From Malacoraja senta (lineage: Eukaryota), in assembly GCA_038087875.1 (NCBI GenBank), contig CM075991.1, forward strand, positions 11,720,001 to 11,784,000: a DNA stretch of 64,000 nt. The letters are read 5' to 3'. Below are positions 47,001 to 60,109 of the stretch, in pieces. Every line of letters starts with the position of its first letter. The first letter of the stretch is position 1. The position numbers and the translations under genes were made by a program. Below the pieces are notes generated by a model. It saw only the letters and a list, made by a program, of their open reading frames with translations, did no database searches and was not told the DNA's origin.

Positions 47001-50000
47001 CATACTGACCCGCACACTAACGCTATCCTACACAGTGTGCGGGTCAGTGGTCGGTGCGGACTCGGTGGGCCGAAGGGCCTGTTTCCGCGCTGCATCTCTA
47101 AAAACTAAAACTAAGAAACTAAAACTCCACCCTGAATTCTACAAAACACTGGAGTAACTCAGCAGGTTACTCCAGCACAAGGTCTAATCCAACAGCTACA
47201 GTTCCACGTGACCACATTGAATTCTACAAACTGGGGTAGCTCAGTTTCCATGGGTCTGTGTCAAAGTTCAAATTTACTTGCCCGTTGGTGAGGCAGGAGG
47301 AAGTGCAGGCAGTGGCGGACTGGCCAGGGTGTCAGCTTGCCCGATGGCAAGTGGGCCCCCTATATCAAGTGGGGCCCCCTATATCAAGTGGGCCCCTGAT
47401 GAAGTGGGCCCCATATCAAGTGGGCCCCTGATGAAGTGGGCCCCCTATATCAAGTGGGCCCCTGATGAAGTGGGCCCCCTATATCAAGTGGGCCCCCTAT
47501 ATCAAGTGGGCCCCTGATGAAGTGGGCCCCTTATATCAAGTGGGCCCCTGATGAAGTGGGCCCCCTATATCAAGTGGGCCCCTGATGAAGTGGGCCCCCT
47601 ATATCAAGTGGGCCCCCTATATCAAGTGGGCCCCTGATGAAGTGGGCCCCCCTTTGCCTCCTGGCAACCAATATTTTTAGACCCAGTCCGCCACTGAGTG
47701 CAGGTGCTGGTATCGTCACAAAGTGCTGGAGGAACTCAGCGGGTCAGGCAGCATGTAGGTAGGGAACAAACAGGTGATATTTTGGTCGGGAGGATCCGCC
47801 TGTGATTTTGGTTTGGATTGTTGTGCATGTTTCTGATGTGCTCGGGCTAAACCTGCCTGGCTTGTCCTTCTGCTCTGCATTGCACAACATTCACATTCTT
47901 TTGTTCTTTTGTCTCTGTTCTTGCCTTAAAATGGCTCCGTTCGCTCATTGACCAGGTGACTCTGTTTACAGTTACTTCCCTCCCCGTGGTCACCATGGTT
48001 TTGTGCCATCGGACCCTTCTGGCAGCCTAACGAGTTCCTCTTGTCTCCCTCCCAGTTCTGATGAAGGGCCTCGGACCGGGGAATGTTGCCTCTGATGTAA
48101 TTAAACCAGAAAATGCAGGAAATACTCAGCAGGTCAGGCATCATTTGTGGGGAGGGAAATCATGAATGTTTCAGGTTGATACTGAATCTGGGAACAAACT
48201 GAGTAAATGTAGTTTAGTTTAGAGTTACTGTGTGGAAACAGGCCCTTCGGCCCACCGAGTCCGTGCCGACCAGCGATCCCTGCACACTAACTCGATCCTA
48301 CACACACTAGGGACAGTTTACACATACACCAAGCCAATTAACCTACAAACCTGCACATCTTTGGAGTGTGGAGGAAATCGAAGATCTCGGAGAAAACCCA
48401 CACAGGTCACGGGGAGAACGTACAAACTCCGCATAGACAGCACCGTAGTCGGTCTCCGGTGTTGTAAGACAGCAACTCTACTGCTGCGTCATCGTACTGT
48501 TAGTGTGGAGACTAACAATGGACAAGGACTACTGTACTTGTTGCATCTACAGTGCATGTTCTTTATAATCTTATGCTGCTGTGGTAATATCACCATTCCA
48601 TTTTGCAGATCCTGAGAATGAAACGGTGCAGGGAGCAGACCCAGCGTTGGTAAGTACACGGTCGAAGAAGGGTCTCGACCCGAACTGTCGCCCATTCCTG
48701 CTCTCCAGCGCCTGACCCGCTGTGTTACTCCAGCACTTTGTGTCCTTTTGTATAAACCAGCATCTGCAGCCCCTTGTTTCTATACTTTGGCTTTGCCCTA
48801 TAATTGTCTGGCTACCACGCATTAGCGCAGGTGGAGAGTTGCTGCCTTACAGCGCCAGAGACCGGGGTTCGGTCCTGACTACGGGTGCCGTCTGCACAGA
48901 ATTTGTACATTCTCCCTGTGATCATGTGGGTTTTCTCCAGGTGCTCTGGTTTTCTCCCACACTCCAATGACATGCAGGTTTGTAGGTTAATTGGCTTTGG
49001 TAAAGTTGTAAACATTGTGCCTGCTGATAGTGTTAGTGTACGGGCATCGCTGGCTGGTGTGATCCGGTGGGCCGAAGTGCTTGTTTCCAACCTCGACCCA
49101 GGAATGAGTAGGTTAACCTATGGTGAGCGTTAGTCGGCACTGGGCCTGTACTCATTGGAGTTTAGAAGAATGAGGCGGCGGGGGGGGGGGGGAGGGGGGG
49201 GGGGGGGGGACGGGACGACGACCTCAATGAAACATACAGAATAGTGAAAGGCTTGAATAGAGTCGATGTGGGGAGGGTGTTTCCACTAGTGGGAGAGTCT
49301 AAAACTAGAGGTCATAGCCTCAGAATTAAAGGACATTCTTTTAGGAAGGAGACTAGGAGAAATGTCTTCAGTCAGAGGGTGGTGAATCTGTGGAATTGTT
49401 TGCCACAGAATGCTGTGGAGGCCAAGTCAGTGGATATTTGTAAGGCAGAGATAGATAGATTCTTGATTAGTACGGGTGTCAGGGGTTATGGGGAGAAGGC
49501 AGGAGGATGGGGTTAGGAGGGAGAGATAAATCAGCCATGATTTGATGGGCCGAATGGCCTAATTCTGCTCCTATCACTTATGACCTTACCCTGACCTGTC
49601 CTAAACCCTTGGTGTACATCAGCAAGTGATACTGATCTGAGATCCTCCATCTCTTCCAGGTAAATGATAATCACTTGGGCACAAGTGGAAGAGGAGGAAC
49701 TTCTTTGGACACTTCTGGCCACAATGCGGACAATGACGATTCTGAGGAGATGACTTTACTTGTAAATAAGCCTGAAGCATCACCTGAAGACCGAGCTAGA
49801 GCATGTGACCAAGGCCCGTGTCAAGGCAGGATTGTTGACCTGCCATTAGACCAAGGGGATAACTCTTTGATTGGACAAAATGGACTGAGTAGCTCCAGAG
49901 ATCTTGCTTGTGTTCTCAACGTCACCTCACTGTGTAACTGTGGAGCCACGGGCAACGAGACGGGCGGAGCTAGCAACACGAAGTGCTCCGCTGGAATTAC

Positions 50001-52898
50001 GCCTTCAGTTTCTGACAAAGACACGGTAAGCTCACATCGTAAATACTTCCTCCTTAAGACATTTCCTTTTTTGCTCTCCCCTCACTCCATGGTGTGTTGA
50101 AGAGATGGGAAAATTTTCTGGGGGGAAGAAGATGGCGCCTCGTCCCCGCGGGCAACACCAATCCAAGACCCTCACCGGGTTAACCGCCACCCGCGCAAAC
50201 CCGCAAGCTTTGCTGTAAAATTAATTTACATTCAATATTTGTTTTATTTGAGTTTCTAGCAGTCCGTGGTGCTTTAGAGACATGGGGGTATAATTAGTGG
50301 ATCAGAGGTCTATTGTTGTATCATTATTACATGACCTCTGTTAGCCCAGCAAATGGTAGCCCAGATTTGAACTTTCATCATTGCCACCTGTACAGTTGGT
50401 CTTATAGAGGTGTACAAGATCATGTGGTGCATAGATAGGGTAAATGCACAGTCTTTTAGCCAGATCAAAACCAGAGGACATAAGTTTAAAGTGAGAGGGG
50501 AAAGATTTAATACGAACATGAGAGGCACCTTTTTCACACAGAGGGTGGTGGGTGAATGGAACGAGCTGCCAAATGGAGGTGGCTGAGTCAGGTAAATGCA
50601 CAGTCTTTTAAGACCGAGATGAGAAAAAACGTTTTTACACAGAGAGTGGTGAATCTCTGGAACTCTCTGCCACAGAGGGTAGTGGAGGCCAGTTCATTGG
50701 CTATATTTAAGAGGGAGTTAGATGTGGCCCTTGTGGCTAAAGGGATCAGGGGGTATGGAGAGAAGGCAGGTACGGGATACTGAGTTGGATGATCAGCCAT
50801 GATCATATTGAATGGCGGTGCAGGCTCGAAGGGCCGAATGGTCTACTCCTGCACCTATTTTCTATATCTATGTAACTTAGAATTTAAATGACATTTGGAC
50901 AAGTACATGGACAGCAAAGGCTTTGAGGAATATGGACCAAACGCGGGAAAATGGGAGTAGCTTAGATGGGGCATCGTGATCTGCGGGGACGAGTTAGGCC
51001 AAAGGACCTGTTTCCGTGCTGTATGTTTCTGTGTTTTAACAGATATTTAACAGATCATTCTGTGCTTTTTTTAAATTAAAAAAACAGGTAACCAGTAAGC
51101 ATCGTTGTTCAGACAGCAAATCCATGAATATAGAAGGTAATTTTCCAACATATTGATGTTAAATGTTGGGTTTTGGTGGCAGGGTTTGGAATTGAAAACC
51201 TTTTTCTAGTTTCTCGTCTATTTCTGAAGAGCTGGGAGCTCAAATTCTAATCTGATTCTGATTCCACAATTACGTTGGCCTCTAATTCTCTTCAAGATTT
51301 TTCTTCGAGATCACAGCGTTTCTTCACTCTGGTTCCTTGTGCGTCTTCAAATTTAATTTTATTATTAATGTTTAATGTTTTATGTGTCATTCCTGACTGT
51401 CGCTGTATGTCATGTTGTCACTTACAGGCGGAGCACCAAGACAAATTCCTTGTATGTGAATACTTCGCCAATAAATATATTAATTCATTCAAATTTAATT
51501 TACACTTTAGAATTTAGATACAGCGTGGAAACAGGCCCTTCGACCCACCAAGCCCACACTGGCCATCAATCCCTGCACGCTACCACTATTCTACACACTA
51601 GGGACAATGTACAATTTACAGAAGTCAATTAACGTACAAACCTATACGTCTTTGGCGTGTGGGAGGAAACTGGAGCACCCGGTGAAAACCCACGCGGTCA
51701 CAGGGAGAACGGGCAAACTCCACACAGACAGCACCCGTAGTTAGGTTTGAACCCGTGTCTCTGGTGGTGTAAGGCAGCAACTCTACCGCTGTGACCCCTC
51801 TATATGCTCCTGCAACATACTTCACCTGGGCTCTAAGATAATAATAATAATAATAATCACTTTATTTGTATAACACTTTTCATACAATTAAATGCAACCT
51901 AAAGTGCTTTTCACAAAAACACAGGTCTAAACAAAAATACAATTTAAACCAGTAAGGACAAAGACAGTTAATAACATAAAAAGCACAGATTTATATAAAA
52001 ATTAAAAATAAAAAATTGAGTGTAAAAGGACAAAAACAAAAACACTTAGGTCAAATACAGATGTTCTTTACAATATACTCTTTGCCAAAGCTTTCAGTGT
52101 ATTTAACCTCTGTCCCTTACTGTGTGTGTGCGCATATGACGTGTGTGTATATGTGCGCACGCACATGTGTCTGTGTATTTGTGCGTGTGTGTGTGTGCGC
52201 ATATGTGTGTGTGCGCGCGCTTGGCAATGTCCCTCCATTACTGTGGCCTGATCAGCTCCTTACTCTCTCCATAACCCTGTCCAATGTGTGTGCTCTGACT
52301 GGGTGTGTGGAGATTCTCCTAGTGGTCACAGAATAAAATAGACCAAATGTAAAGCTAAAGTGGGGACGGGGGAGAGCACAGCGTTATGGTCGGGGGGGGG
52401 AGGGGAGAGATGTTTAAAGGAGATGTGCAGGCCATGTATGGTGGTCTGCTTGGGATGGTGGTGGAATCAGATACAACAGTGGCATTTAACAGGCTTTTAG
52501 ATAGGCAGGGAATGGAGGGCTGGGGAGATTAACTTGGCTTCATGTTTGGCACAGACATTGTGGGCTGAAGGGCCTGCACCTGTGCTGTACTGTTTTATAA
52601 TGATTTGTTTCGTCTGCTTTCAGATTTAAGACAAAGCTTCATGTTATTTATTGAAAAGGTACCTCTTAAAAAGTGGAAGCAGTTTATGCGAAAACTTGGC
52701 CTGACCGACAACGAGATAGAAACGGCTGAGCAGAACAATAGCAAGAACATTGAAGAAGCCCACTATCAGATGCTCAACACCTGGTTGCAGAAAGCAGGCC
52801 GAGCCGCCTCCCTCAATGCCCTGCTCAACACACTGAAGGACATGGACCTCAATGATGCTGCCGACAATATCCAGAAAACTAATGAGCAGTACTTATGA
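40814..52898 (+). CDS. TNF receptor superfamily death receptor, TNFRSF10 (TRAIL receptor/DR4-DR5)-like; spliced, first exon missing
   Basis: Exons 40814-41036, 42209-42340, 42966-43080, 43357-43454, 44013-44123, 46234-46281, 48609-48649, 49660-50025, 51088-51136, 52624-52898. All are AG/GT, phases chain, and the total is 1458 nt (485 aa + stop). Signal-peptide remainder LLVVGLCLLAA, three CRDs, TM MLAVVIVLSLVLALVLAPILAV, death domain VPLKKWKQFMRKLGLTDNEIE..YQMLNTWLQKAGRAASLNALLNTL. Confidence 0.88.
42209..42340 (+). CDS. Death receptor exon: CRD1/CRD2
   Basis: THVTEHC..KCEPCVKGEAFTEYENGLNKCMPCTVCRE; cacag|...G|gtaagc. Confidence 0.92.
42966..43080 (+). CDS. Death receptor exon: CRD2/CRD3
   Basis: DQEQVSACNASKDAVCQCQAGRYC..CEMCRRCTS; cacag|...CG|gtgagt. 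Confidence 0.92.
43357..43454 (+). CDS. Death receptor exon: CRD3 end and stalk
   Basis: CPDGEIVENNCTPTSNTVCG; ttccag|...G|gtgagt. Confidence 0.9.
44013..44123 (+). CDS. Death receptor exon: transmembrane helix
   Basis: GMLAVVIVLSLVLALVLAPILAVRYFWKK; tttcag|...G|gtgggt. Confidence 0.88.
46234..46281 (+). CDS. Death receptor small cytoplasmic exon
   Basis: ttttccgcag|...G|gtgagg; phase 1/1 open frame GIYGKICRHWSARDSS. Confidence 0.7.
46396..47120 (+). mobile_element. Two tandem tRNA-derived V-SINEs (HE1-like)
   Basis: A box tggcacagcgg / tggtgcagtgg, B box gggttcgatc, conserved core gtgggtt..ccgg.tgctccggtttcctcccaca, CR1-like tail and taaac repeats. Other copies near 13545-13755, 19370-19640, 45245-45525(-), 48210-48490(-), 48830-49090 and 51510-51800(-). 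Confidence 0.85.
47310..47696. mobile_element. hAT-type MITE filled with an internal minisatellite
   Basis: TIRs CAGTGGCGGACTGG / CCAGTCCGCCACTG; perfect 8-bp TSD AGTGCAGG; about 18 AAGTGGGCCCC-based units inside. Confidence 0.92.
48609..48649 (+). CDS. Death receptor small cytoplasmic exon
   Basis: ttttgcag|...TTG|gtaagt; supplies the phase 1 to 0 change the model needs. Confidence 0.75.
49095..49585 (+). mobile_element. CR1-clade LINE 3' end
   Basis: [24 protein letters not shown] and 3' UTR. Confidence 0.85.
49660..50025 (+). CDS. Death receptor long cytoplasmic linker exon
   Basis: ctcttccag|...ACG|gtaagc; 122 open codons, Ser/Gly/Asp-rich. Confidence 0.75.
51088..51136 (+). CDS. Death receptor small pre-death-domain exon
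   Basis: aaacag|...G|gtaatt; supplies the phase 0 to 1 change the model needs; acceptor has a weak pyrimidine tract. Confidence 0.6.
52121..52220. repeat. Imperfect (GT)n microsatellite
   Basis: Direct reading. Confidence 0.85.
52624..52898 (+). CDS. Death receptor terminal exon: death domain
   Basis: tttcag|AT TTA AGA..; W..FMRKLGL.DNEI..YQML..W....G..ASL..LL..L; TGA 52896-52898. Confidence 0.93.
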
Positions 52899-53044
52899 AG
52901 TTTTGACTTTAGATCTAAACAGGCCCATCGTCACTGTGAGTCCGCGCCGACCAGCGATTTCACCGTACACCAGCACTATCCTGCGCGCACACGAGGAACA
53001 ATATACAATTTGACTAAAGCAATGTAATCTACAAAGATGTACTT

Positions 53045-53660
53045 AGTGGCGGACCTCCAATTTTGGGGCACTGAATTTTGTTATGGGGGCCCCTTCACAA
53101 CCAGCAATGAGGTCTGGGTAACCACTGTTATCTACTTCAATGGGGTTGTTCCACGACAGGTCACCAAATTTTAATTTCTGTGATAAATGTTAATATTGTT
53201 TTTAAATTATTTATAATTATTTTATATTAAATATTTACAATAAAATCCTTAATTTGAACTTTTTTTCATTTACGGCTAGCCTACATGATACTTTAATAAC
53301 CATTTAATTTTTATTTTAACTATTATTTTGTATTGAATTACACTAATTATATATATTTTTTAAACCCCTTCTCATACAGTTGACCTAAAATTTTTAAGTA
53401 ATGTGGACTAAGCATGATATTCACCGCCAGTAAAAAAGTAGGAAGTATTGGCCTGGGGTCCAGGAGGCTGGCTGGGCCCCTGGCAGGGTCCAGGGGCAGC
53501 GCCCAGCTGGGGGTTCAGGAGCCAATGCCCCCTGAAGCGTCTGCATTTTCAATAAATTGAATGTGATTCTCAAGCTTTCCGCTGGTAGTTTACACAACAG
53601 AAGCTTAGAATTTTTCTAACACATAAGCAGTAAAATAACCTCCAAAAGATATATATTTCA
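53045..53660. mobile_element. Probable hAT-like element fragment downstream of the death receptor stop
   Basis: Starts TAGTGGCGGAC (resembles the TIR at 47310); AT-rich core and ggggtccagggg subterminal-type repeats; the other end was not located. Confidence 0.45.
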
Positions 53661-54202
53661 TGAAATAGATAATAGGTGCAGGAGTAGGCCATTCGGCCCT
53701 TCGAGCCAGCACCGCCATTCAATGTGATCATGGCTGATCATCCACAATCAGTACCCCGTTCCTACCTTCGCCCCATATCTCTTGACACTGCTATCTTTAA
53801 GAGCTCTATCTAATGCTCTCTTGAAAGCCTCCAGAAAATTGGCCTCCACTCCCTTCTGGAATTCCACAGATTCACAACTCTCTGTGTGAAAAAGTATTTC
53901 CTCATCTCTGTTCTAAATGGTCTACCCCTTATTCTTAAACGGTGGCCCCTGGTTCTGGACTCTCCCAGCATTGGAAACATGTTTCCTGCCTCAAGCATGT
54001 CCAAACCCTTAATAATCTTATACGTTTCAATAAATGGCCTCATACAGATAAAAAAAAACTTTACAAAACATATGTTACCTGAAATGTCTCTTTGCCTGGC
54101 ACTGAGATAAGTAAAAATGTTTTCACCCAGAATTGTGAATTTGTGGAATTGTCTGCCACAAATCGAGTAGGTTTATTAGGTGGACTAAGCGGGGGGTGTT
54201 AA

Positions 54203-54581
54203 GAGCCTGTCCCTCTTTCACGACTTGATTCAAAACGAATCAAGATCGTGGTAATCTACGAACTCCTACGACCTTCCGTGACTATGTTCACGAACTCCTA
54301 CGAGTATATCTACGAATTCCCATGACTATTTTGATGCCCTCCTTACGAGTAAATAGTTGCAATTTCTTTCATCCCGGACATTTTTTTACTCGTGGCCATT
54401 TTTTATCGGGCTGGAAAAATCGTCCGACTTACCTGATGCCACGAGTACCTATGGCTGGCATAACGAGCCGCTACGATATATCTACGAACTCCTACGGACT
54501 CGTTACGAACATTCTGCGAGTTTGAATCTAGGGGAAAACTCGGGAGAATTCGTGAATAACTCGTGAAAGTGGGACAGGCCC
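54203..54581. mobile_element. MITE with the same GCCTGTCCC/GGGACAGGC ends as 29540-29627
   Basis: TIRs GAGCCTGTCCCTCTTTCACGA / TCGTGAAAGTGGGACAGGCCC; internal TACGA repeats. Confidence 0.75.
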
Positions 54582-56873
54582 TTCAGCGAAACGATCGCCG
54601 AGCCTGCACTTGGTATCTCTGTAAAGAACATCCTCGTAAATCTTAACTGGTTATTACACTGCGAGCTCTACTCAAGGGCCAGGCTCCATCTGCCCCCTTG
54701 TGCTTTAATGTGGCATTGCAGTGCTTTGCACTCCATTTGCTTTGCAAATTGCATCTGTGCACAATGTAGAGGTGACATCATCTTGCATCTAACCTGCACT
54801 GTGAGTGCAGTGGGTGTGTTTAATAGGAATTGTAATGGTAGCTTTAATGTGGATCTGCCTGGTCCGGTCCCGACTCAAAACATCGTCTGCAAAATTACCT
54901 CTACGGATGCTGCCTAACCTGCTGTTGCGTTACTTGGGCAAGATGTCAAAATCATCTTCAAATGAGTGACAAACATCATTTCTAGGTTGGTTGGTCGGTT
55001 AATCGGCCCTCTGTAAATTCCCCCTAGTGTGTAGGGAGTGGATGAGAAAGTGGTATAACGTAGAACTAGTGTGAACAGTGGTTGGTGTGGACTCGGTGGG
55101 CCAAAGTTTCCATGCTGTCTCTCTAAACATGATGGGGTGATGTTTCACGCATAGTGTAGAACTGCCTATTGTCCAGCATTTATCACTTATTTATCGCCCA
55201 CAGAAGATGGGGTTTTGTTCTAAAAGGACATCGCAGAAGGATGTGGAGTTTTACATCTTCATTCCCATTCTGGGAACTAGCCAACTAATCAATTCTTGAG
55301 GAGTGCGGGTGTCGGGGGTTATGGGGAGAAGACAGGAGAATGGGGTTGAGGGGAAAAGATAGATCAGCCATGATTGAACGGTGGAATAGACTCAATGGGA
55401 CGAATGGCCTAATTCTGCTATAACTTAGGAACCCTCTCAGCTACTTGATTTTTATTCTGATTTATGTTACATGGATTTAAAATTTCCGTTGTTGCCGTGG
55501 CGAGGATTAAACTCTTCTCTGAGCCAATAATTCATGGCGCGTGGATGTAGGAGCAGTGAGTTGAGCACCCTGCTACTGTGTGTGTGGCCCTTGCCTTGCC
55601 CATACCTGCCACTGCCACCTCACCCATTGTGAGACCGCCTGTGCCATTGTGAGGTCACACTCACTGCCCTCCTTGCATCTCGGCTTGCCCTTGTTCTACC
55701 CGGTTTATATTTGATCTGAACTGAGAGGCTGGAGGGAAAGATCATGGCCTTTGGAGAGGAGACTCGATAAATGCGGTGAGTCCCAGCGCAGGGGGGGCAA
55801 TGTCAGTGAGGGTGACGCTCTCTCCTTCCCTCCCCGTGGATAGTGTACCAGGGTCCACCTGCCCTCCGCTGTCTGACGCCCCTGACCAATGTCACTGTGA
55901 GGATCTAAAGCTGCAGTACAACTGGACTTTCCTCCATAGTATCCAGCTCCTGCAGGGGCCCACTGCCCATTTCACTTCATCGTCCACTGCACTCGCTGCA
56001 AGTGAACCGTAACCAGTTGTGGTCTCCGGGCAGAGTCATGGGCATGCACTGGGAAAGCACAACTTTTATTTAGGTGGCAACAGTGTAGGTACTTCAGTAA
56101 AACAATACAAACATCAAAGAAGGAGGCCAGCGTCTCCCAGCTCTGCTTGGTCCATGATTATTATGACTGGAGACTGAGGGAGAAGGCCCGGCAGAGGCCA
56201 GCAGACACCCCATTTGCTGTATGTGGGGGGTGGGGGCCAAATGGCAGATGTTCGTAACCCCAGGACATGGAATTTAAAAGCTTTGAAATCATCGACTGCT
56301 GGCATGAACACTTTTCCTGCCTCCGAATAAGCCCTCAGGCTGCCCTGTATCCTTGGCATTTGTCATAGTCGTACAGCGTGGAAACAGGCCCTCCGGCCCA
56401 ACTTGCCCACACCGACCAACATGTCCCAGCTACACTAGTCCCACCTGCCCGCATTTGGTCCATATGCCTCCAAACCTGTCCTATCCATGTCTGAAGTAGG
56501 GTTTCGGCCCGAAACGTTACCTATTTCCTTCGCTCCATAGATGCTGCTGCACCCACTGAGTTTCTCCAGCATTTTTGTGTACCTATCCATGTACATGACT
56601 ATCTGTTTCTTAAATGTTGGGATAGCCCCAGCCTCAACTACCTCCTCTGGCAGCTTGTTCCATACACCCACCACCCATTTCCTTCAAATAATATCTAATA
56701 ATTAACTTTTTAAAAATGTGTTCGCTATCTCATGTAGTTTATTACTCATGTTAACATGAGCTCCAGCAATCACGATAGGACAATCTTTTCACCCCGGAAA
56801 TAACTAGTATATCTATTCTGGATTGCCTCCTATGGCAATAGATACCTTTTAAAATCTTTGTCTTGTTGTTTCG

Positions 56874-57130
56874 CTACACTTTTCCAAGCCACTGCATAAC
56901 ACAGGCTCTGGCATGTGGGTTGAAGACCTTGAGATCTTCTGGTTTGCAGGGCTCTGGGTGGAGGGGGCAGGTATGTAGGTGCTCCATAGTTTGGGTTGCC
57001 TCCCCCCAGTAATCGTTGTTGGACCCCCACTTCTGCATGAGGGCTTTGCACCGCCCGACTCGTGTTCTGAGGCGGTTGAGGCAGAGCCAGACTGGCCACG
57101 TCTCTTTCGCTCCCAATGGAAGGGACTCCT
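56874..57130 (-). mobile_element. RTE-X-like LINE 3' fragment
   Basis: W.CLNRLRTRVGRCK..MQKWG..QTMEHL..CP. Confidence 0.75.
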
Positions 57131-60109
57131 CAGAGTATAGTGTCAGTGTGTGTGGGGTTTTGATTGTAGTTGTGTCACCCAAGCATCTATCCTACAGGTG
57201 CGGGGGTTATCATTAAGGGGACTACAACCATGCACAATACACCAGGCACAGTCTCACCAACGTCTTGTACCATTGTAACAGCGCTTGTCTAGTTTTAAAC
57301 AAGCCCATCACATTAAGGGTCAATATGCCCTTTGCCACGTTACTTGCTGTGTACACCCCAACTTGTGTTTCTTTCACAAGAACACCCTGATCTCTCTCTC
57401 TCCCTCCCCCCTCCTCTCTCTTCCACATTTACAGTCTCTTTCCATCTAGATAATAATGCAGAGAAACTGCAAATGTTAGATAGTAATGCATTTTGAGTAC
57501 AATGTAATGTAGATAATAATGCCTTTCGATTCCTCCTGCCAAAGGGCATGACCGCACACTTGAGATAGTGAAAAATGTTGTGTGTTGTGTTAACCAGTCA
57601 AATCATACTATACATGAGTGTAATCAGACCGTGCATAAATGCAACAGGTAGCGCAGAGTGTAAGGAAACACAGAGTAGTGAGTTACAACTTATAGAGATA
57701 GTGCAGGAAAAAAAGTGCACGGGTTGCAACGAGGTAGATTGGAAGATCAGAACTGAACTGCTAAAGAATCTGGTAATAGACAAGGAATTTGCACCAAGGC
57801 AAATTCCTTGTATGTGAATACTTGGCCAATAAACTTATTCATTCACTCATTCAATAGCAGGGAAGCAGCTATTGAAACTGTTGTTATGTGCTTTCAACCT
57901 TTAGTATCTTCTGCCCGATGGGAGAGGGGATGTCCAGGGTACTCGTGGTCCTTAGCAAAGATACTATGATCTTTGGTCCTTGGAGTCATGGATAGTCATA
58001 CAGTGTGGAAACAGGCCCTTCAGCTCAACTCGCCCACACCGGCCTTGATTACGTTGTTTACTTTCCCAAGTGTCGATGGAGTCAATGGGGTTGCGGGGGA
58101 GGGTGGTTTGTATGACAAAGCATTAAACTCCATTTGTCAAGTCCCCGCTCTCACTAAACTTATCTGCATCTAGTGGCAGAGTCCTCAATGCACACTCTCC
58201 CAGTGCTTTCCATGTCTCGTAGCCCTCTGTTCGGCTTTCTCCGCTCAGCTTTCTCTATCTCCCCTCGACCCACATCGTATTTCATCTTGCAATCCCTTCC
58301 ACTCTGACTATCCCAGCAACTCAGTTTCAGAACGTGCAAAACTGCTGTGAGAGAACTATAGACAATCGCAGCAGCAGCGTGAGTTTGGAATGTATCTCAC
58401 TGGTACTGGGGAAAAGCTTGCACATGGACTTGCACCAGGTACAACCCACCAGGTACCTGGATGCTAAAGTTTGGTTTTTGACCTTTGTGCCATAACATCC
58501 AGGCAGAGCTGATGGGCATGTGAGAAAATAGGTACAGGGAAATCAGTGTGGGGATGGGATTAATCTGTGAGTTAACGTAGACTCCTTTTATGTATCTAAA
58601 GAGACGGGACAAATTGCAGACAGCCAGCCCTTCACCCATCATTTCTATGCTGACCATCATGTACCCATCTAAACTATTTCCAATTACACCGGCTTGTAAC
58701 CTATATATTGGTGATTCAAGTACTTGTGCAGATGTGTAGTAAGTGCCCATCCCCATCACCCACTCAGTCATGCAATTTAAATTCCATCAATCCCTGGATG
58801 GAAAGTTCTTCCCTGGATCCCCTTTATGTCTCTTATCCTGCACACTAAACCCTAGTTTATGTCAGCTCTGCTGAGGGGAAGTGTCCTAGACTTATACCCC
58901 ACACCTCTATTACTCCTCTGCACCTTCTCCAGCGCTGTCACGTCCTTCCCACTGTGTGGTGACTAAAACCTACACGCTGAGGTCAAATGTTTTATTGTGC
59001 GACTCCAAAATTCAAAAGAGAAAGGCTGTTCAAGGTACACACTTTAATAAAACAAGCTTGGGATGGGTGGAGTCACCACCCTGAAAACACTATCCTGCCT
59101 CCCCAGCGATATAGGCCCTTCAGGGTGATGTTTCCGGTCAAGACCCTTCTTCAGATTATCAGATGTCCATCTGATTAATTCACCGATCAGTAAAAATGTA
59201 CCCTCCCCTCAGCTAACAATCAACCATTCTATATTTCCTTATTGTCTGCTTTGATCACCCGTTTTCACACCTTACCCGATCATATCTCTGCTTTCCCTCT
59301 CCCAGTCTGAAGAGTCTCAGCCCGAAACATGCCCCATGCTACCTGACCCACTGAGTTACTCCAGCATTTTGAGTCTACCCTCAGGTCCAATACTCTAGTG
59401 CAGAGATCTATAGGACATCAGCAAGAATCCAACACTCAGCTATTGTCTTTAAACACAAAATGCTGCAGTAACTGAGCGGATAGACATCATTGGAGAGAAG
59501 GAATGGGTGACGTTTTGGGTCTCGACCCTTCTTCTGTCTGGGGTTCGACCCAAAACGTCACCCATTCCTTCTCTCCAGAGATGCTGCCTTTCCTGCTGAA
59601 TAACCCCAGCATTTCTGTGTCAACCTTTGACTTCAATCAGCATCTGCAGTTCTTTCCAACACATCATTGTCTGTAACTCGTTCTCACCGACCCCGCAGCT
59701 CACAATGGCCAGTTTCCTTTCTCATCCTTACTTTCTTTTGGCATATCTTTCATTCATGTATTCTATATCTCTCCCCATCACTGTCTGTATCTCTCGTTTC
59801 CCTCTCCCCTGACTGTCTGAAACAGGGTTTCGACTTAGGCCATTTAGGACTGAGATGAGGAAAACCTTTTTCACCCAGAGAGTTGTGAACTCGTGGAATT
59901 CTCTGCCACAGAAGCCAGTGGAGGCCGATTCACTGGATGTTTTCAAGGGAGAGTTAGATTTAGCTCTTAGGGATAAGGGAATCGAGGGATATTGGGAGAA
60001 AGCAGGAACGGGGAACTGATTTTAGATGATCAGCCACTCCATGTTCGGGGGTGGGGGGTGGGGGGGCGGTTAGTAGATTAAGCCCTTACGCGGCCCTTCA
60101 GTCCAAAGA

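Noticed and set aside
47341..47651. CRISPR-like array or C/D snoRNA cluster (TGATGA and CTGA words)
   Set aside because: The words overlap within a tandem unit inside a TIR/TSD-bounded MITE; no spacers and no snoRNA-sized box spacing.
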